From positions 496,001-560,000 of the forward strand of contig AP026132.1 of the NCBI GenBank assembly GCA_030295235.1: 64,000 nucleotides of DNA. The letters run 5' to 3'. The stretch is from Fistulifera solaris. Its lineage: Eukaryota. Positions 23,413-37,294 of the stretch are shown here, in pieces. Numbering within the stretch: the stretch's first letter is position 1; each line of letters starts with the position of its first letter. Under the pieces are notes generated by a model. The model was not told the origin of the DNA. It searched no databases and saw only the letters and a program-made list of their open reading frames with translations. The translations under genes and the position numbers were made by a program.

Positions 23413-26400
23413 ATGCCGAAACAAGCTATTGTTGCAGGTAAGTATTAATCGCATGAAAATTTTGATGACTGAAAGCTACTCATTCATTGATATTGATAGC
23501 TCTGGAAGAGGTTTTCGGAGAATACGTTCTCAATCTTTCCAAAGATGACCTGAAAATCGCCGCATTGAGAGGTAAAATTGCGCTGGAAAATGTACAGCTC
23601 GACGGCGATATGATTGGTGGTCACATATTGGGAGCTTTTGGCCTGACAGGCTTTGGTGTCTTATCGTGCTCGGCGAAATCCGTCAAAATGCATGTGCCGT
23701 GGAAGAATCTAGAGAAAGAAACGACGCGGTTTGAAATTCGCGGCATACATTTGGTTTGCGTTCCCCTGATTTCTAGCACAGCCAACAATCTGTATGGGGC
23801 TGGCACGAGGCAGGATCCGATTTGTACGTTGAAAACTCGAGCGAAGCGACTGGCGCTCTCGCGACTCGAACGGAATTTCTGGAATGGTCTGATACCCGGT
23901 GAAGGCCCTCCTATGAAGAAAAATTAGTCGAGCGGTGAAAGAAGTCGAGAGAGAGCTACGAAAGAGTCGGAAGCGTCGAATGGTACGAGATAGAAAAATG
24001 GAAAGTGAGTTAGATCTCGAGGATGCCATGAATAGTTTAGTGGACGATCTGCAATCAACTGTCATTCATAACGAAGAAAGCGAAGAATTGCTTGAACAAG
24101 TTGATCAACTTCCGGAGCTACCACGTGATTGGAAAGTCAAACTACGTGAAAAGGTGTTGAGAAATATGGAAGCGTCAATTTTCGATACACACATACGATG
24201 CGAAGTTCCAGCTACTTCGGACAGCGGCGATAATGCTTTTGCTTGTGGGTTCACGCTAGATGCCTTCACTGTTCGAACAGCAAATGAAAAATGGCAAGCT
24301 GGAAGCCACGACAAAAGGAACGAGAACGATGGGTCGCCAATGTCGTCGGCACAGGGACACCTTGGACCAAATGAGTACGTCGTGAAAAACAACAAAATTG
24401 GGTACTTCAAAAATCTTTCTCTATACTGGGACGATCAACCTCCATTATTGCTAGCGGAAACGGAACTTCTGCAGGGAAATTCAAAGAAGCTATCAGCAGA
24501 AAAGATTGTCTCACGGGTAGCTGCTGCAATGGAGGTAATGTCGTCGCAGCAGGAGCCAGGCATCATTGTAAGGAATTCCCTATCCGTCACGCGTCAAGCG
24601 TAAGTAAACGCGCATTCCCGGTGTTTCCTATTGCATTTATCTAACAGTTTTTTAGCAAGACCGACCCCGTAAATATTCAAAGTGTACCCCACCAGTATAT
24701 TTGCCAGGGGTTTGACTCTGAGATCCGTTCCAGATGTAGCGACCGAACACAACCTGGTCCCATTTCTTGCTCTGCTGATGTTCTTTCTTGCGAGATAAAT
24801 ATTGATATTCTTCCGGAGCAGTACGCTCAATATCAGAAGTTGAAGACAGACCTGAAAGCGCAGCGACGGTTTGATACGATGTTCCGACAAAGGCCATCTA
24901 GAAACGCGGTGGAAGATCCGCGAGCCTGGTGGAAATACGCCTTTGCATGCGTGATTTCGCGCCCAACTTCTCGCCCTTGGGAAGACATTAAGATTATCTG
25001 CCGAAGCCGATCCAGGTATATGGAGCTAATTTCAAAGAAGAGTCTCAAACCAAAACGGAGTCACGGTTTTCACGCCGGGCTATCCGAGGCGGAAAGCGCT
25101 GAACTGTTGGAACTAGAAAGTCTTTTGCCGTTAGAGGCTCTCCTCGCATTTCATTTGCTTGCTTTAAGAAAGGTATATTGGCTTCAAAAGAAAGAATCTG
25201 ATCCGGGAATTTCGAAAGAGAAAAGTTTGTCCGCCAAATCTCTCAGTCCTTTTCGACTGCTCCGACAAAGAAATTCCAGGCGAGAGAAGAAAGGAGACAC
25301 CAACAAGACTGATTCGCCACTGAGAAGTAGTGATACCGGGGAAAGATTACAACAGTCTTTTAAGGGGTTCTCATTGTTCGATGCCATGACACTTCGGTTG
25401 GGTAAGAAAATGTGGTTCGTTGACTGGCGGCTTCATGATATGACAGTGAATATTGCAATTCACAATACGATTCAGCGCGAGCATTCCTTAAGATTGGTTA
25501 TTCGTACCTCTGGTCGTTCTAGAGTGTTTGGTTTGGGGAACAGAGATTTCTTTTTCGACATCAACCAATGTGACTTGAGCCACGGGGAAGATAAAACACT
25601 CTTCACGCGCTTTCATGGTGGGGTCGAAGAGAAGGAAGAAGATTTGGACGAATTTCTTGAATCGGAGGAGCGCCTTTCGACGTTGTCATTTTGTGACAAA
25701 AGTCAAGGTGCGGGTTTAGACTTGAACACATCGGCAGACTTTCTCGAACTTCCACCAGTGGGTACAGTTTGCCGTATCGCAGCTGGTCGTACGAAGGACT
25801 TGCTTAAAGTTAGCGTCTCAGCTCATCCGTTGACTCTACTTTGGACATCTTCTCTTTTGATTCCATATCGGAATTCATGGGGAGAAGCGACCCTGGTCTG
25901 AAGATCGAACTTACTGAGCATATAAAAAATGCCACACCGCTTGCCAGGAAAGCGCAGCTCGCGTTTCTATCACCAGCTTCTTCCGCTTTACACATCAATG
26001 TCGCAGCTCCAAATATTTGGATTCCAGTTGTATCGAATGGAAGAGAAGGTGCACTTTTGTTGACGCCGGAAACATGAAATTCTCTTCGCACAAAAGCGAA
26101 GGAAAGGTTGAATCGGACTGGGATATCAGGGCATCTGATTTGCAGGTCAATTTTGTTCGTGGTTATAGTGTATCTCGTTTAAATCACGAGTCCCTATACA
26201 TAGATACATTTTACAGAACGGAAACGTCTGTGATCAGACCGTTTTCAGTTGAGGCATACAGCAAGATATGGGATGAAGGTAATCAATTAGACGACTCGAT
26301 CGCGAAGTGCGGTGCAGCGCTCTCTGGACAAATCAGGTGCCAGAACGTTGTTGTCAGTCCAATTTGTCTTAGTCTGGTAGATGCAGAGGTACTTGCTCGA

Positions 26401-29400
26401 TCTTTTGGAAAGATATATACGAAAGGAATTGGTCATCTACAAAGTAGGGAAGGAGAAGACAATAAGGCAACTACTTTACATCTCCGCCGTGAAGACAGAA
26501 AGCTTGATCTTCTTATTCGCTCAGGCATACCACGGCGCTTCAACATGAAGATAGACAAGATCGAAATAGCCGTTGAAGGGCACTCCAAACGACGATCGCC
26601 TCTAGCAACGGATGATAAGACCATTCTATCAATGGATGATACTACCCTATATGACGTTGCTCCTCCTGTTAGAATATATTTGGTCGAAATCTTTCACATC
26701 TGCTTGGAGCGATCGATAAGGGGAGAAGTCGAGACGGCGAAGCTGTCCCTGTTCGATGCCTCGATCACCCGACTTCGCGAAGGCTCATTCTACACACCCC
26801 TTCGGCTTGACCGAGTACCTGTCGAGTCTGAGAATCGCATTTTGCAATATTCTCGTCAGCGTCTCGAAAATGTTAGCGATAATCATGGAGGGGATTCTCA
26901 ACTTTACGTACTCAGTGTATTATTCCTTCGGGACAAAGTGGCCAATCTGGATGAAATAGAGATTGAACTAAACTTTGTCACGGTGCGCGATACACCAACA
27001 ACCTTGAAGGATTGCGCAAAAGCTTTTAGAAAGATACTTGAATTGGTGCAATTGGCAACGAAAGAAATGGAACGAAAGGTTCACGAAGCTGGTCGCAAAG
27101 CTCGTCGAAACAGATTCGGTAAGTCGTTTGCGTTAATCTTTACATAGTGGGTCTTGGTCTTCCTGACGAATCTTCCAGCACATGGCCCGCAGTCACGCCC
27201 AACTAGTCCAGGATTGACGGGAAGGCCCTTTTCTCCTTCCATGTCTACTTCAGAGGATAAATCGACGATGTTGACACCTCCGGGAACCCCAGATTCCAGA
27301 CTAGCTTCAGATTCGAGTATCTTACTAAAAATCACCCTCAATGAAAATACGATCTTGGCCGGAAGACCAACTTTACTTTACGCGGAAAGATCGCAGCTAA
27401 TGGGAGAGCGAGCGCAGTACGCTGTTATACAGATTTTGTCGAACGCACGAATCATGTTTCAAAGCATAGAGAATCCAGATGGGACAGGCACTAAAACTCT
27501 ACACGTCAGCGTGGAGGATGTTTCTTCGCTGGTTAACACCGAATTTGAACGAGTAGCCAGATCTGAAGCGCCACCGATGATCGGACCATTCGGTTCGGAG
27601 TTTCGAATTGTTTACGCGACGGAGAACCTCGGGTGTGTGGTATCTCAAGATGTTTCGCTGGATTGCGAAACCATAAAATGCCGCTTGACTCCAAACGATC
27701 TCTCAATCATCATTTCCATATTACGGCGGATGTATGAAAGATTCAGAGACTTTAGCGCGGGATCGAATTTAGCCGATGAATTGCGCTCTACTCCATCGCG
27801 AAATACTATTCACAATTTTGTACGGTATCAGAAGAAAGGGACTGGGGTTGCAACTACTGTGCGGGCTGAAATTTATGCCTTTTCTTTCGTTCTACTAAGA
27901 GCATTTAAGTCTCATGCTGGCGCTCCTGAGTTTTTGGATTTCAAAATTCAGCAAATCAAGCTCAAGCTGGAAGGTTGCCTTTCGGCGCTCTATGGCGACT
28001 GTTCAGCTCTTTTGTCCATCAATTCATTTAACTCTGATGCCGAAGACTGGGAATACACCGTTGAGCCCTTTTCTTTCGTTATTTCTTTGGATCAAATGCC
28101 TAACGAGATGGTAAGTGCTTGTTCGTGTGTGGTTTAAGTGGCGCATTGCCTTTCTCATTTTCTTTATATAAGTCTATGAATGCGCGTTGCAGCGGTCGAC
28201 TGAATCTTAATTTAACCGGCGTTCTTCTGAGAGATTTAGCTCAAATGAAGCTCGATATTTCTAAAGACGACGACACTGATAGTTTCCATGATAACATAAG
28301 CCGATCGGCACTTTCGACCGTCGGTTTGAGACGGGCGACGGAAGCCAAAACAATCAAAATGACCAACGTGACAGGCCTTGACTTAAATGTGCAGCATAAC
28401 TTGGCCCCGGCAGGTCGTCATATGATTTCGGTTGCAGGTAATACCGAAGTCGTTTTGGGCCATGTAGCGGAGGAACAAGCACATGATCAATACGCGATGT
28501 CAGTAGGACTTACCTCCTCATCTACAGCACTCATTGGCGCGCGTCAGCCACTTGACGACATACCAATATCTTCGTCATCCCTTGGCGACTTTCGCCTCTA
28601 CGTTTTGTATCCTGCATCCTCTGAACTAGGAAAGAAGAAAGAAACTGAATTATCGAGCCATAACGTTGAGCCAGTAGTTGAGTCGTGCATCCGCAACGAG
28701 AGGCTAAAACCAAGCATCAGCGATGTGTTTGGGCTTTCCAAGGGAAAAGATCTACTTTCGTCAGAAGTTTGGCCCTTGGACGAAGATAATACCGAAAGCT
28801 TTCTTAGCGAGGTCTCAGGAAAAGAAATTGGGAGAAACATTCTCTACGGTCAGAAGACCCGACGAAGTGACCCGGGAAATTGGATAAAACCATATTTAAA
28901 GAGCGATCCCCCCTGAATGGAGTGATATGACGGGCAGTCAAGTTGAAACAAGGAATGTATGTAAGCAGCGTTGTGCATTTAAAACTTTTCTTCATTTCGA
29001 TGCTAAAATTCTTTTCCGTTCGTCACCTGTGGTTAACAGCAATTTAAGTTGCCTGACAAACGTTGGTTTTGGGTGGACGACTGGTCTGTCAATTTGAATG
29101 GTAAATTGGGGCTTCACACCGACGCTGACGGCTGGGAATACCATGCAGAGTTTGAGACATTTACAAAAAGCAAACGTTCTTACCAACGAGGCGACGTATG
29201 CAGACGTCAACGTTGGTCGAGGACTAGAATGTTGCATCCCCGTAAAGGGGACGAGTTGTTTCGTCCAATAAAACTGATATGGGAAACGTCACGCGATGAA
29301 AATGGTAATTACTTTGTATCACTGCGGAGCAACCTTCGAGTCTTGAACAAGACTGGAGCACCCTTGTCAGCATTACTATATTGCCCATCGTGGGATAATG

Positions 29401-32400
29401 ACGAACTGGCAGGAACCATGCAACCGGGTGAACACCTGGACGTGCCTGTGATTTTGACCTCTGCTATTTATATGAGAATTGCTACGCCTCCAAGTACGCA
29501 GCAGGCAACAATGAAGGAGTGTATGTCAACGGACCGCTTCCTGATAGTACCGAAATCTCAGGAATCCTCAAACTTCATACGTACTTCTATGGATTTAAGA
29601 GACATATCAGGGACGACTCTTCATTATCTTGTTGAAATCAAAAGTAAAGGTGGGACTGTCGATATAATTATTGAATCTGTATTCCGGGTTATGAATCTCC
29701 TTCCTTGCCAGCTAGAATGCCAGATTGGACATTCCCGGGTAGCGCAAGGGGTACGTTCCATTGCACAAACAGAAGTGTTATCGATCAGCACCGGGAAAGA
29801 AGGGTTCTGTACTGCGGTTAACCCTTGGCGTACACCACACATATCTTTACGAGTACCGGGGTACAGATGGAGTTCTTGGCATCGAATTGTGAATAGAAAT
29901 GCCAAATCGGATACGTGGCGTCCGTCAACGAAAGAGGAAAACTCGCATTTTACATTTCACGGAGACTCTGACTTTGCTAATGAGCTTACAACGGTCGTAA
30001 CTTTTGAGAGGATAGGGAGATTTGGTGATCCACTAACATTACTTTTGAGTGTAGAGTGTGGTCACTGCCCTGTCCTTCGTGTATACTCCCAATACTGGAT
30101 CGTAGATAAAACCGGTTTCGGATGCCGTTTTTCTGAGGGATTTCTCGACATCTTAGCTTCAACTCCCGATAATCAAACATCGCGCCGCTCTCATCTACTC
30201 CCCGAAGAGAAAAGCAATCCTGAAATGAGGAAGGATTTGACGATGGCCGGCAACCAGTGGTCGATTGGCATGAACGGAATGACCTTATACTTCTCGAAAA
30301 GGGAAAAGTTGACAATGTGCATCGAGGTTCGTAACGGGTATACTAGATCTGATAGCGAGAGAGTTCGCACAAAATGGATATCCCCTCTTGATATCTCGAA
30401 CGTTTTACCAAAAACAGTCTTCTCCGTGGAAGAAAGCAACGGTGAAAGGCTTTTTGAGCTTGCATTTAATGTTACTGTGTGCCCAGGTGTCTTCTGCCGA
30501 ACAAAAATCATCACGCTGCTTCCGCGATTTCAAATCATTAATTTGCTTCATCGTGAACTGGTCATTGGTCAAGATGGAAGTCTTGACAGTCCCACAGTCA
30601 TATCATCTCAGTCTACTTCAACCTTCCATTGGGAAAATGGGTCCCTTCCTTTGAAGGCACGACTCGGAGCACCAACGGGCGATGAACTGCGACGGAAAAA
30701 TTACGATAACTGCTGGAGCAACGGAGTTTTTCAGATCGATAGAGTAGGGATCACATCGTTGCGACTACCCGTCAGTGGCAACGTCGTGGTTGGCCCCATG
30801 GTAGTACAGGCTGAAGTGAGACTAGCAACGAAAGACCAACACTCGGCCGTTGTTGTGGTATTTTGGTCAGCAAACGACAAGTCCAATCCTCTTTACATAT
30901 TGCGAAATCGAACAAGGTACACTATACTCTGCCGCCAGCCGATCAGCACGCACCCTTCAACCAAAGAGGACGATAAAGGAATTCATACAAGGGTGATAGC
31001 TGAGAGTTGTACACCAAGGGCATCCTTCGACACTGATCTTCCGTGTGGGGCTGAACTGGCTCCTGCTATGAGTTCTTTTTTCGGTGTTGAACAAGTACAT
31101 GAGTTCGTTTGGACGATCGAAAGCAACCAGGAGACTTGTTTTGGTTTCGACAACCCAGACAAACCTCGCGTTCTTGAGTGGTGCTGCGTGACGAGCAAGA
31201 AGATTTCTTTTGGTAATGTCAAAAATCCCTCGTACATTGAAATAGATGAAATGGGATCTTTTAGTGTCTTTCGGCTACCAGGAAGAAAACAAATCCAATG
31301 TACTATCAAAGCGGAGCACTCGACGAAAGTGGTGGAATTTGTGGAGGACAATACATATTGCTTGTCACCATCATTTCGTGCCCAATTTGATAGTGATGTG
31401 CTTGGATCTCTGGCGGAGGCCGGAGTTGGGGCTGGTGTAGAACCTGTCAGCATGATGAAGGAAGATAAGGAACATGAAGAAGAAATTGCTTTCGGTGTAA
31501 AGATATGCATCCCCTCGCTGTTCGTAAGCGTTATTGATAATGCAGACCCTCACGTCAATGGACGCGAAATCTTGGTCGCACGAGCAGAAAAAATCTATTT
31601 CGGCTTTTCTCAAACAAGAGAGGGATATCACGAGTTGGAATTGACAATAGGTACTTTCCAAGCGGACAACCATGTCCGGAATTCTATTCACCCAATTTTA
31701 GTGAGTACAATTGAGATTTTTTTCGACCATATTTTCCACGAACTTCGTCTCTCACATTCCTTTGAAGGTCTTTTGTCCCCAAAGTGATCCAAAGGATCCC
31801 CTTGTGCACATGTCGGCAGTACGCCGTATCCAGGATTTGCGCAATACTTTCGTGTTCCAGTATGCTGCTATTCGGCTTCTCGAGATCGAGATTTACTTGG
31901 ATCGAAGGTGCGTGAGAGTAGGTGACATTTATGTTTGCATGACAGGCGCTAACAGATCAATCTCCCCAAATCCCAGAACTGCCGAAACAATTGCTCGTTT
32001 CATCGAGCCCCTTACCACGCCTGCAGAGAATCGCGTAGAAGAGATTGACTGGGTCGCCAAGCTTACGCAATCGATTGAAGCATCCTTCACAAATCTAGAC
32101 CATCGTGTCCCCAAAGAAATCGAGACAATGATACATATGGCGAATTCTGGTCGAATTTATTTTGAAAGGCTGCATCTACACCCAGTGCGGATTGGGCTTA
32201 CCTTCACACAAGAGTGGATGGACTGGACACCCGGCTCGGAAAGCATGATGCTATTCCAATTTCTTCGCGGAATGGTGCGTGTCTGAACAAATTTTCTTCA
32301 TAACTTGGGATTCTTTCTTACACTCTATCTCGTTTTTCATGATAGACATCGATATCCAATGCCCCTCTTGTTTTCACGTCCTTTGTCGTTGGGCATGTCT

Positions 32401-34161
32401 TCGAAGCCCCACAGACCTTGATGCGCGTCATCGCCACACACTATTCTTCGCAACTAACAAAGCAAATTTTTGGGATTTTGGGAAGTCTAGCTATTCTGGG
32501 CGCTCCAGCGGATTTCATTTCAAACGTGGGGAGTGGTGTGCGGGACTTTTTTACGAGCCAATACAAGGCGCTGTTCACGGCCCCCGCCAGTTCATAGAAG
32601 GGCTTGAGGCAGGGACGCAGAGCCTCGCTCGAGGAGTGTTTGTCGGAGTGGTTCGAGGAGTGTCGAATGTCACAGAAGTTGTAAATACTAATCTCGCTGG
32701 CTTGACTGCCGACGATGAATTCATGGACGAGAGACGCGCGTACCAACGAATCATGACGGATACGATCAGTAGAGGACTAGAACACCGTACTTTCTCGGAT
32801 TCTCTTTATCTTGCTGGGGCCAGTGTGGCCCGAAGTGTCAGATCGGGCGCATTGGGCATTGTTGAACAGCCTGGGGTTTATGCTTCTAAACAGGGGCCCG
32901 TTGGTTTTGCTAAAGGTGTTGGAAAGGCCTTAATTGGCGCCGTGGTCAAACCCGTGGTTGGCATTGGTGATGCAGCTGTCTTGGTAATGAATCATCTCTC
33001 GGATGCAACGAGCAAGAAGAGGATAATTCCGAAATTACCAATCCGGATGAGGAGAGCTTTACCTTGTCGCTCTATTGAGAAGATAAATTGCGTGCGGTTG
33101 GAACCGTTTGACGAGCGAGCCGCTAAAGCACAGAGAATTGTGACAGGAGGCGACACTTTGGATGATGTCTACATCGGACACATCGACATCCCGAATCATC
33201 TGATCATCGCTAGTGAGCAATGTCTCTGGGCTATTGATAGGAGATCTCGAGAACCATGGTGCGTTGATTGGGAAGAAATAAGCCATTTCGGAACATCGGA
33301 TGGGGGGATTCGTATTGTTATATTTAGTCAGAATGGCGTGAAAGCTTACATGTTTCAGACGGAGAGTATTGCTCAATCGACACAGCTTCATAATCTCCTG
33401 TCCATGCAAAGTCGAAAGATGGTAAGTCTCGCAATAATTATCCCATGAACGGTGTGTTGTGAGTTGTACTCATGGCGCATTTTGATTACTTGGAAAGGCA
33501 AATTGCTCGGAACTTGAGGGCGCAATCTTGAGTGCTGACCCTGATAGCCTGTCACGGCGAACCATTCCCGGCATCAAAGCCAGACAAGTCGACCACGTGT
33601 TCGGGAGTATCAACAACTCTAAACGAAGACTCGGAAGCAATGTAAAAGATGAAGTTGACCTAGTGGAGCAATGTCGTGCGCGTGTTCGTGCTATCGGAAG
33701 TGAGTCGTCAAGCTACTTTAGAAGTCTTGATGACGAGGCATGGACGCTTGTCTCCAATTGGGGACAAGTTTTTTCTGGTCTGAGTTCCCGCAGGTGCATC
33801 GTAGCCAGCATCATCAATGGCACTGGCGGGCCCCTGCAAATCAAATCTGCTAAGCTACTGGAAGGCGGTAGTCCTTGCTATTCCATCCCCACAAAAGAGT
33901 ATAACGCACAACAGGGAATTTTGTACTCGGGCGGATGTATTCTTTTTTTTTGCATGGGGCGTAGCACCGAACTTGCTCCAAGCTGGAAACGTCTTCATGC
34001 ATATCGAAACAAATGCATTTGAATGCGAACTGGCGGATCACAAAGACCGTGCTACGTACGGGAAAGCGATGCCCGGTTACAAAGTAGGATTCCTAGAAAA
34101 AAGCTACGATGACAGTGGCTGGTGGGCAAAGTATTGGATACTTGCTCGCTCTGTAAAATAA
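23413..34161 (+). CDS. VPS13: VPS13-family bridge-like lipid transfer protein (~3300 aa, multi-exon)
   Basis: Exon 1 MPKQAIVA, intron 23438-23499, then chorein-N LEEVFGEYVLNLSKDDLKIAALRGKIALENVQL; PRAWWKYA; WEYTVEPF; DysF-like insert; VAB repeats (YSQYWIVDKTG, RTKIITLLPRFQIIN, YILRNRT); VPS13_C IYFERLHLHPV, ILGSLAILGAP; ATG2_C-like GFAKGVGKALIGAVVKPV; PH-like end. Several homopolymer frameshifts. Confidence 0.93.
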
Positions 34162-34551
34162 TGCTGTATATTATGCAAGACCTGCCTCGTTGTGCGTTTG
34201 AGAGGTTTTACTAGTCTTTTTCTCGGTGCCCTAATAGTCTACGCCAGGACCCAGGACGTATTACAGTGAGTGAGTCACTATCGTCCCGCGACTCGAATCT
34301 TCAGTTTATTACGTAGTAGTTGGCGGTTGGCGGTCTTCTTTTAACGAAAGCAGTACCGGATAGTGTTGCATGGTACTAAGAGCTGGAGAAAACGCATCGT
34401 AACCTTAGCGTGAAAAGATGACTGACTTCTTTTTGAAAGAAGTAGAGATCGAGAAGGCTTATTACTTGTATTGCATTGTTGCGATGCGATTCCACTCGCA
34501 TTTAATACCTTGTTTTACTTCCTCGCTGACAGGCATAATCACCTTGATCAA

Positions 34552-36124
34552 ATGATCCGAGAACGAAAGAACAGCAGCAGCTTGTCGATAACGACGACCA
34601 GGCTGCTAGGTTTACTCGCAATTCTGAGTTGTTTCGCAGCGTGCGCCGCCCACAAAGATCGATATACCATTTCGACTGCTCGAAGTTTTGTGCCTCTCGG
34701 TGATCCATTTGGCTTCGAAAAGGGAGGGCACTTCGAACTCAAAGTTTTTCACTATGAACGGAAACAGAAAACAAAGGGGACCAAGCTTGTCAGAATGGAA
34801 GGAGGCTTCTTTTGCAACGATTTAAAAACGAAGCGGAATTTACCAAATTTAGAGAGAATGTGCAGAACAATCACAGCATTTGCGTTTTTGATTACGACAC
34901 GAGTGACGATCCGTTCGACGGCATGTCCGGAGAGTTTGGGGACGGCGGAGAGATCGAATCGGCCGAGGGCGGCATTTTGCTCTCGATGGAGTCAGGGACG
35001 AAGGCAATCTCTTACACGTTCCGAGCGGGCGAAGAGGGGCTCTACTTTCTCATGTATCAAGTTTGTCCTTATCAACCGATCACTTTATCGCGTTTCGAAG
35101 TGGAATTTCACTGGTACAACTTCGACCGTTATGGGAACCGCTCGTATTTACCGGTGGGCGAGATGGATCTGCCTTCCATTTACTTCTTCTTTTCGATATG
35201 CTACCTCGTTTGCTTCCCTAGCATGGGCGGTAAATATCGCAAAGATTCAACGAAGCGGAAAAGGGATTTTCACGAGGGCATCAGATGGGTCTGGTCGACC
35301 AGTTGTGTTTGCTATACATCAGCTGATGTCGTTCCTTATATTTCTCAAATGCCTATCGATATTTGCCGAAAGTATTCGTTACCATTTTCTCAAAGAGAAC
35401 GGTCATGCTGACGTCTGGTCATTCTTCTTTTACGCTCTAAACTTTGTGAAAGGGATTTTTCTATTTACGGTGATACTCTTGATCGGCTCGGGATGGAGTT
35501 TTGTGAAACCCTTTTGAGTCAAAAGAAAAGAAGATCATCTGCGCCGTCCTTGTGCTACAAGTTATGAACAGCATTTCTCTAGCCGTCCTTTCCCGGGAAA
35601 TCAACGGAGAACAAGGATACAGTAAATGGACCGCCGTCATGCATTTAGTTGACATTATCTGTTGTTGTGTCGTTCTCCTTCCGATCGTTTGGCAAGTCAA
35701 TGCCTTGGAGCAGACTGTCAACCCCGACGGTGAGGCGTACGATGAAGACCGGGGAAGTGAGTTGGAATCGGGAAGCAGAGGGCAAATCATCTCAAAGCTC
35801 AAACTGTTTCGATCCTTCTATCTCTTAGTCGTGGCCTACATATATTCGACTCGAATCCTTACCTACATGTTGGGTTCCATGCTCGACTACCGACATACTT
35901 GGGTGCGCCACGCTGTCGTTGAACTAGTGACGCTTGCATTTTACGTGATTGTCGGTTCCATGGTAAGTCTTTTCTTGTGACTTGATTGGTGCTTTTGTAA
36001 AATGACTTCATTCTCACTTGTTACACCCCATCAGTTCCGTCCTATGCCTCATAACCCATATTTGAGCGTCAGTAATACAGATGACACCGAGGGAGATAGA
36101 GAACTCGTCATTAGCAAAGTTTAG
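34552..36124 (+). CDS. GPR107/GPR108 (lung seven-TM receptor / LUSTR) family Golgi protein
   Basis: Signal peptide; PFGFEKGG; SYLPVGEMDLP; KGIFLFTVILLIGSGWSFVKPF; HLVDIICCCVVLLPIVW; KLKLFRSFYLLVVAYIYSTRI; final FRP...NPYL after intron ~35962-36033. Frameshifts at ~34810, 35215 and 35515. Confidence 0.92.
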
Positions 36125-36208
36125 TGTCACGATCGTTAGTTTCAGTGCACCGGTTGGTTAGGATTCTTCTATAAATACATGCTACTAATAAATATTTGTT
36201 GACGTACT

Positions 36209-37294
36209 CTACGCTGACAAGGGAACTTTTCGTCGGGGACCCGGTGTTCTTCTCCACATCAAGTCCTCAATAACATTTCCTTGATTGTCGCGCACATCGA
36301 ATCGGAGAGGAAGAAAGTAGTCGGAAAGACCGACGGGAGTATTGATTTGGATCCCCTGCAAAACGTACGGTGAGACCCACCGTAATATAATCATTCGACA
36401 CAAAAGCAACAACATAAAACTCTTACTCCGAGCATTGCAATGCGCGTATTCGCATCTACATCGGCGCGCGTCACAATTTGCAACATCATATCGTCCATGG
36501 GCTGAAACAGGGCGTACGGCAGTTCGACCATGGGATCGAGGGCTTGTTCGATTTGTGCCGCATACGGCAACAAAGTGGACGCCACGTACGCTTGTTGGGC
36601 ATCCAAGGCGGTCGCGATGGAACGCACCGGAGCGGCGTCTCCCCGGTACACGGCGCTCGCGTACTGCGCCGCGGCAATGGCGGAACCGCAACACGTCCCC
36701 AATTGCCGTTGCCCGCGGCGTTGCAGTTTACCGATTTGACCATCGGCACTGATCCCGACGTGAGGACCGTACACCACCAAACACGAATCGGGCATGCGCG
36801 AGGTCATGGCCATGAATCCGGAAAGACCCGCAAACGGAAATCCCGCCAAGCCTCCCAACGTAAAGTGCGATCCGAAATAGTTCTGCAGAGATTCTTCGAG
36901 CGGACGATTGACTTCATCGGAACACAAGGAAGTTGCCACGAGTGTATCGGGTCCGTATCCGTACGGTTGTAAGGCGGCGTAGACTTTCTGGACGAGTTCG
37001 GCGTTGGTGACGGCATTTTTATAACAGTTGGCGACTTGTGCAACGCAGGTCTGTTGGATGCATGTGAGAGAAAAGAAAGGCACGTCTGCGGAACAACATG
37101 CCGACTTACTTTGTAGGGATAGTTGTCGGCTGCTTGGGAGGGAAGAGGGAGGAGTGCTCCGCTGACCATGGGTCCAAAGAATTCACGACGAGTGGCCTGC
37201 CGTGGAGTGAAATTTGTTGTATCTTTTTTGATAGGAAAAAAGCTGCCGTCGCGTGAAGCGATACTAAAGTACATAACAGTGTTCTCCTGGGCAT
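36209..37294 (-). CDS. Theta-type carbonic anhydrase / LCIB family protein, plastid-targeted
   Basis: ATSLCSDEVNR, FTLGGLAGFPFAG, YGPHVGI, RRGQ...CCGSA, DAQQ and LG|GIQINTP...DYFLP. Introns 37051-37109 and 36356-36426; one base missing in the T6 run at ~37240. Confidence 0.92.
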
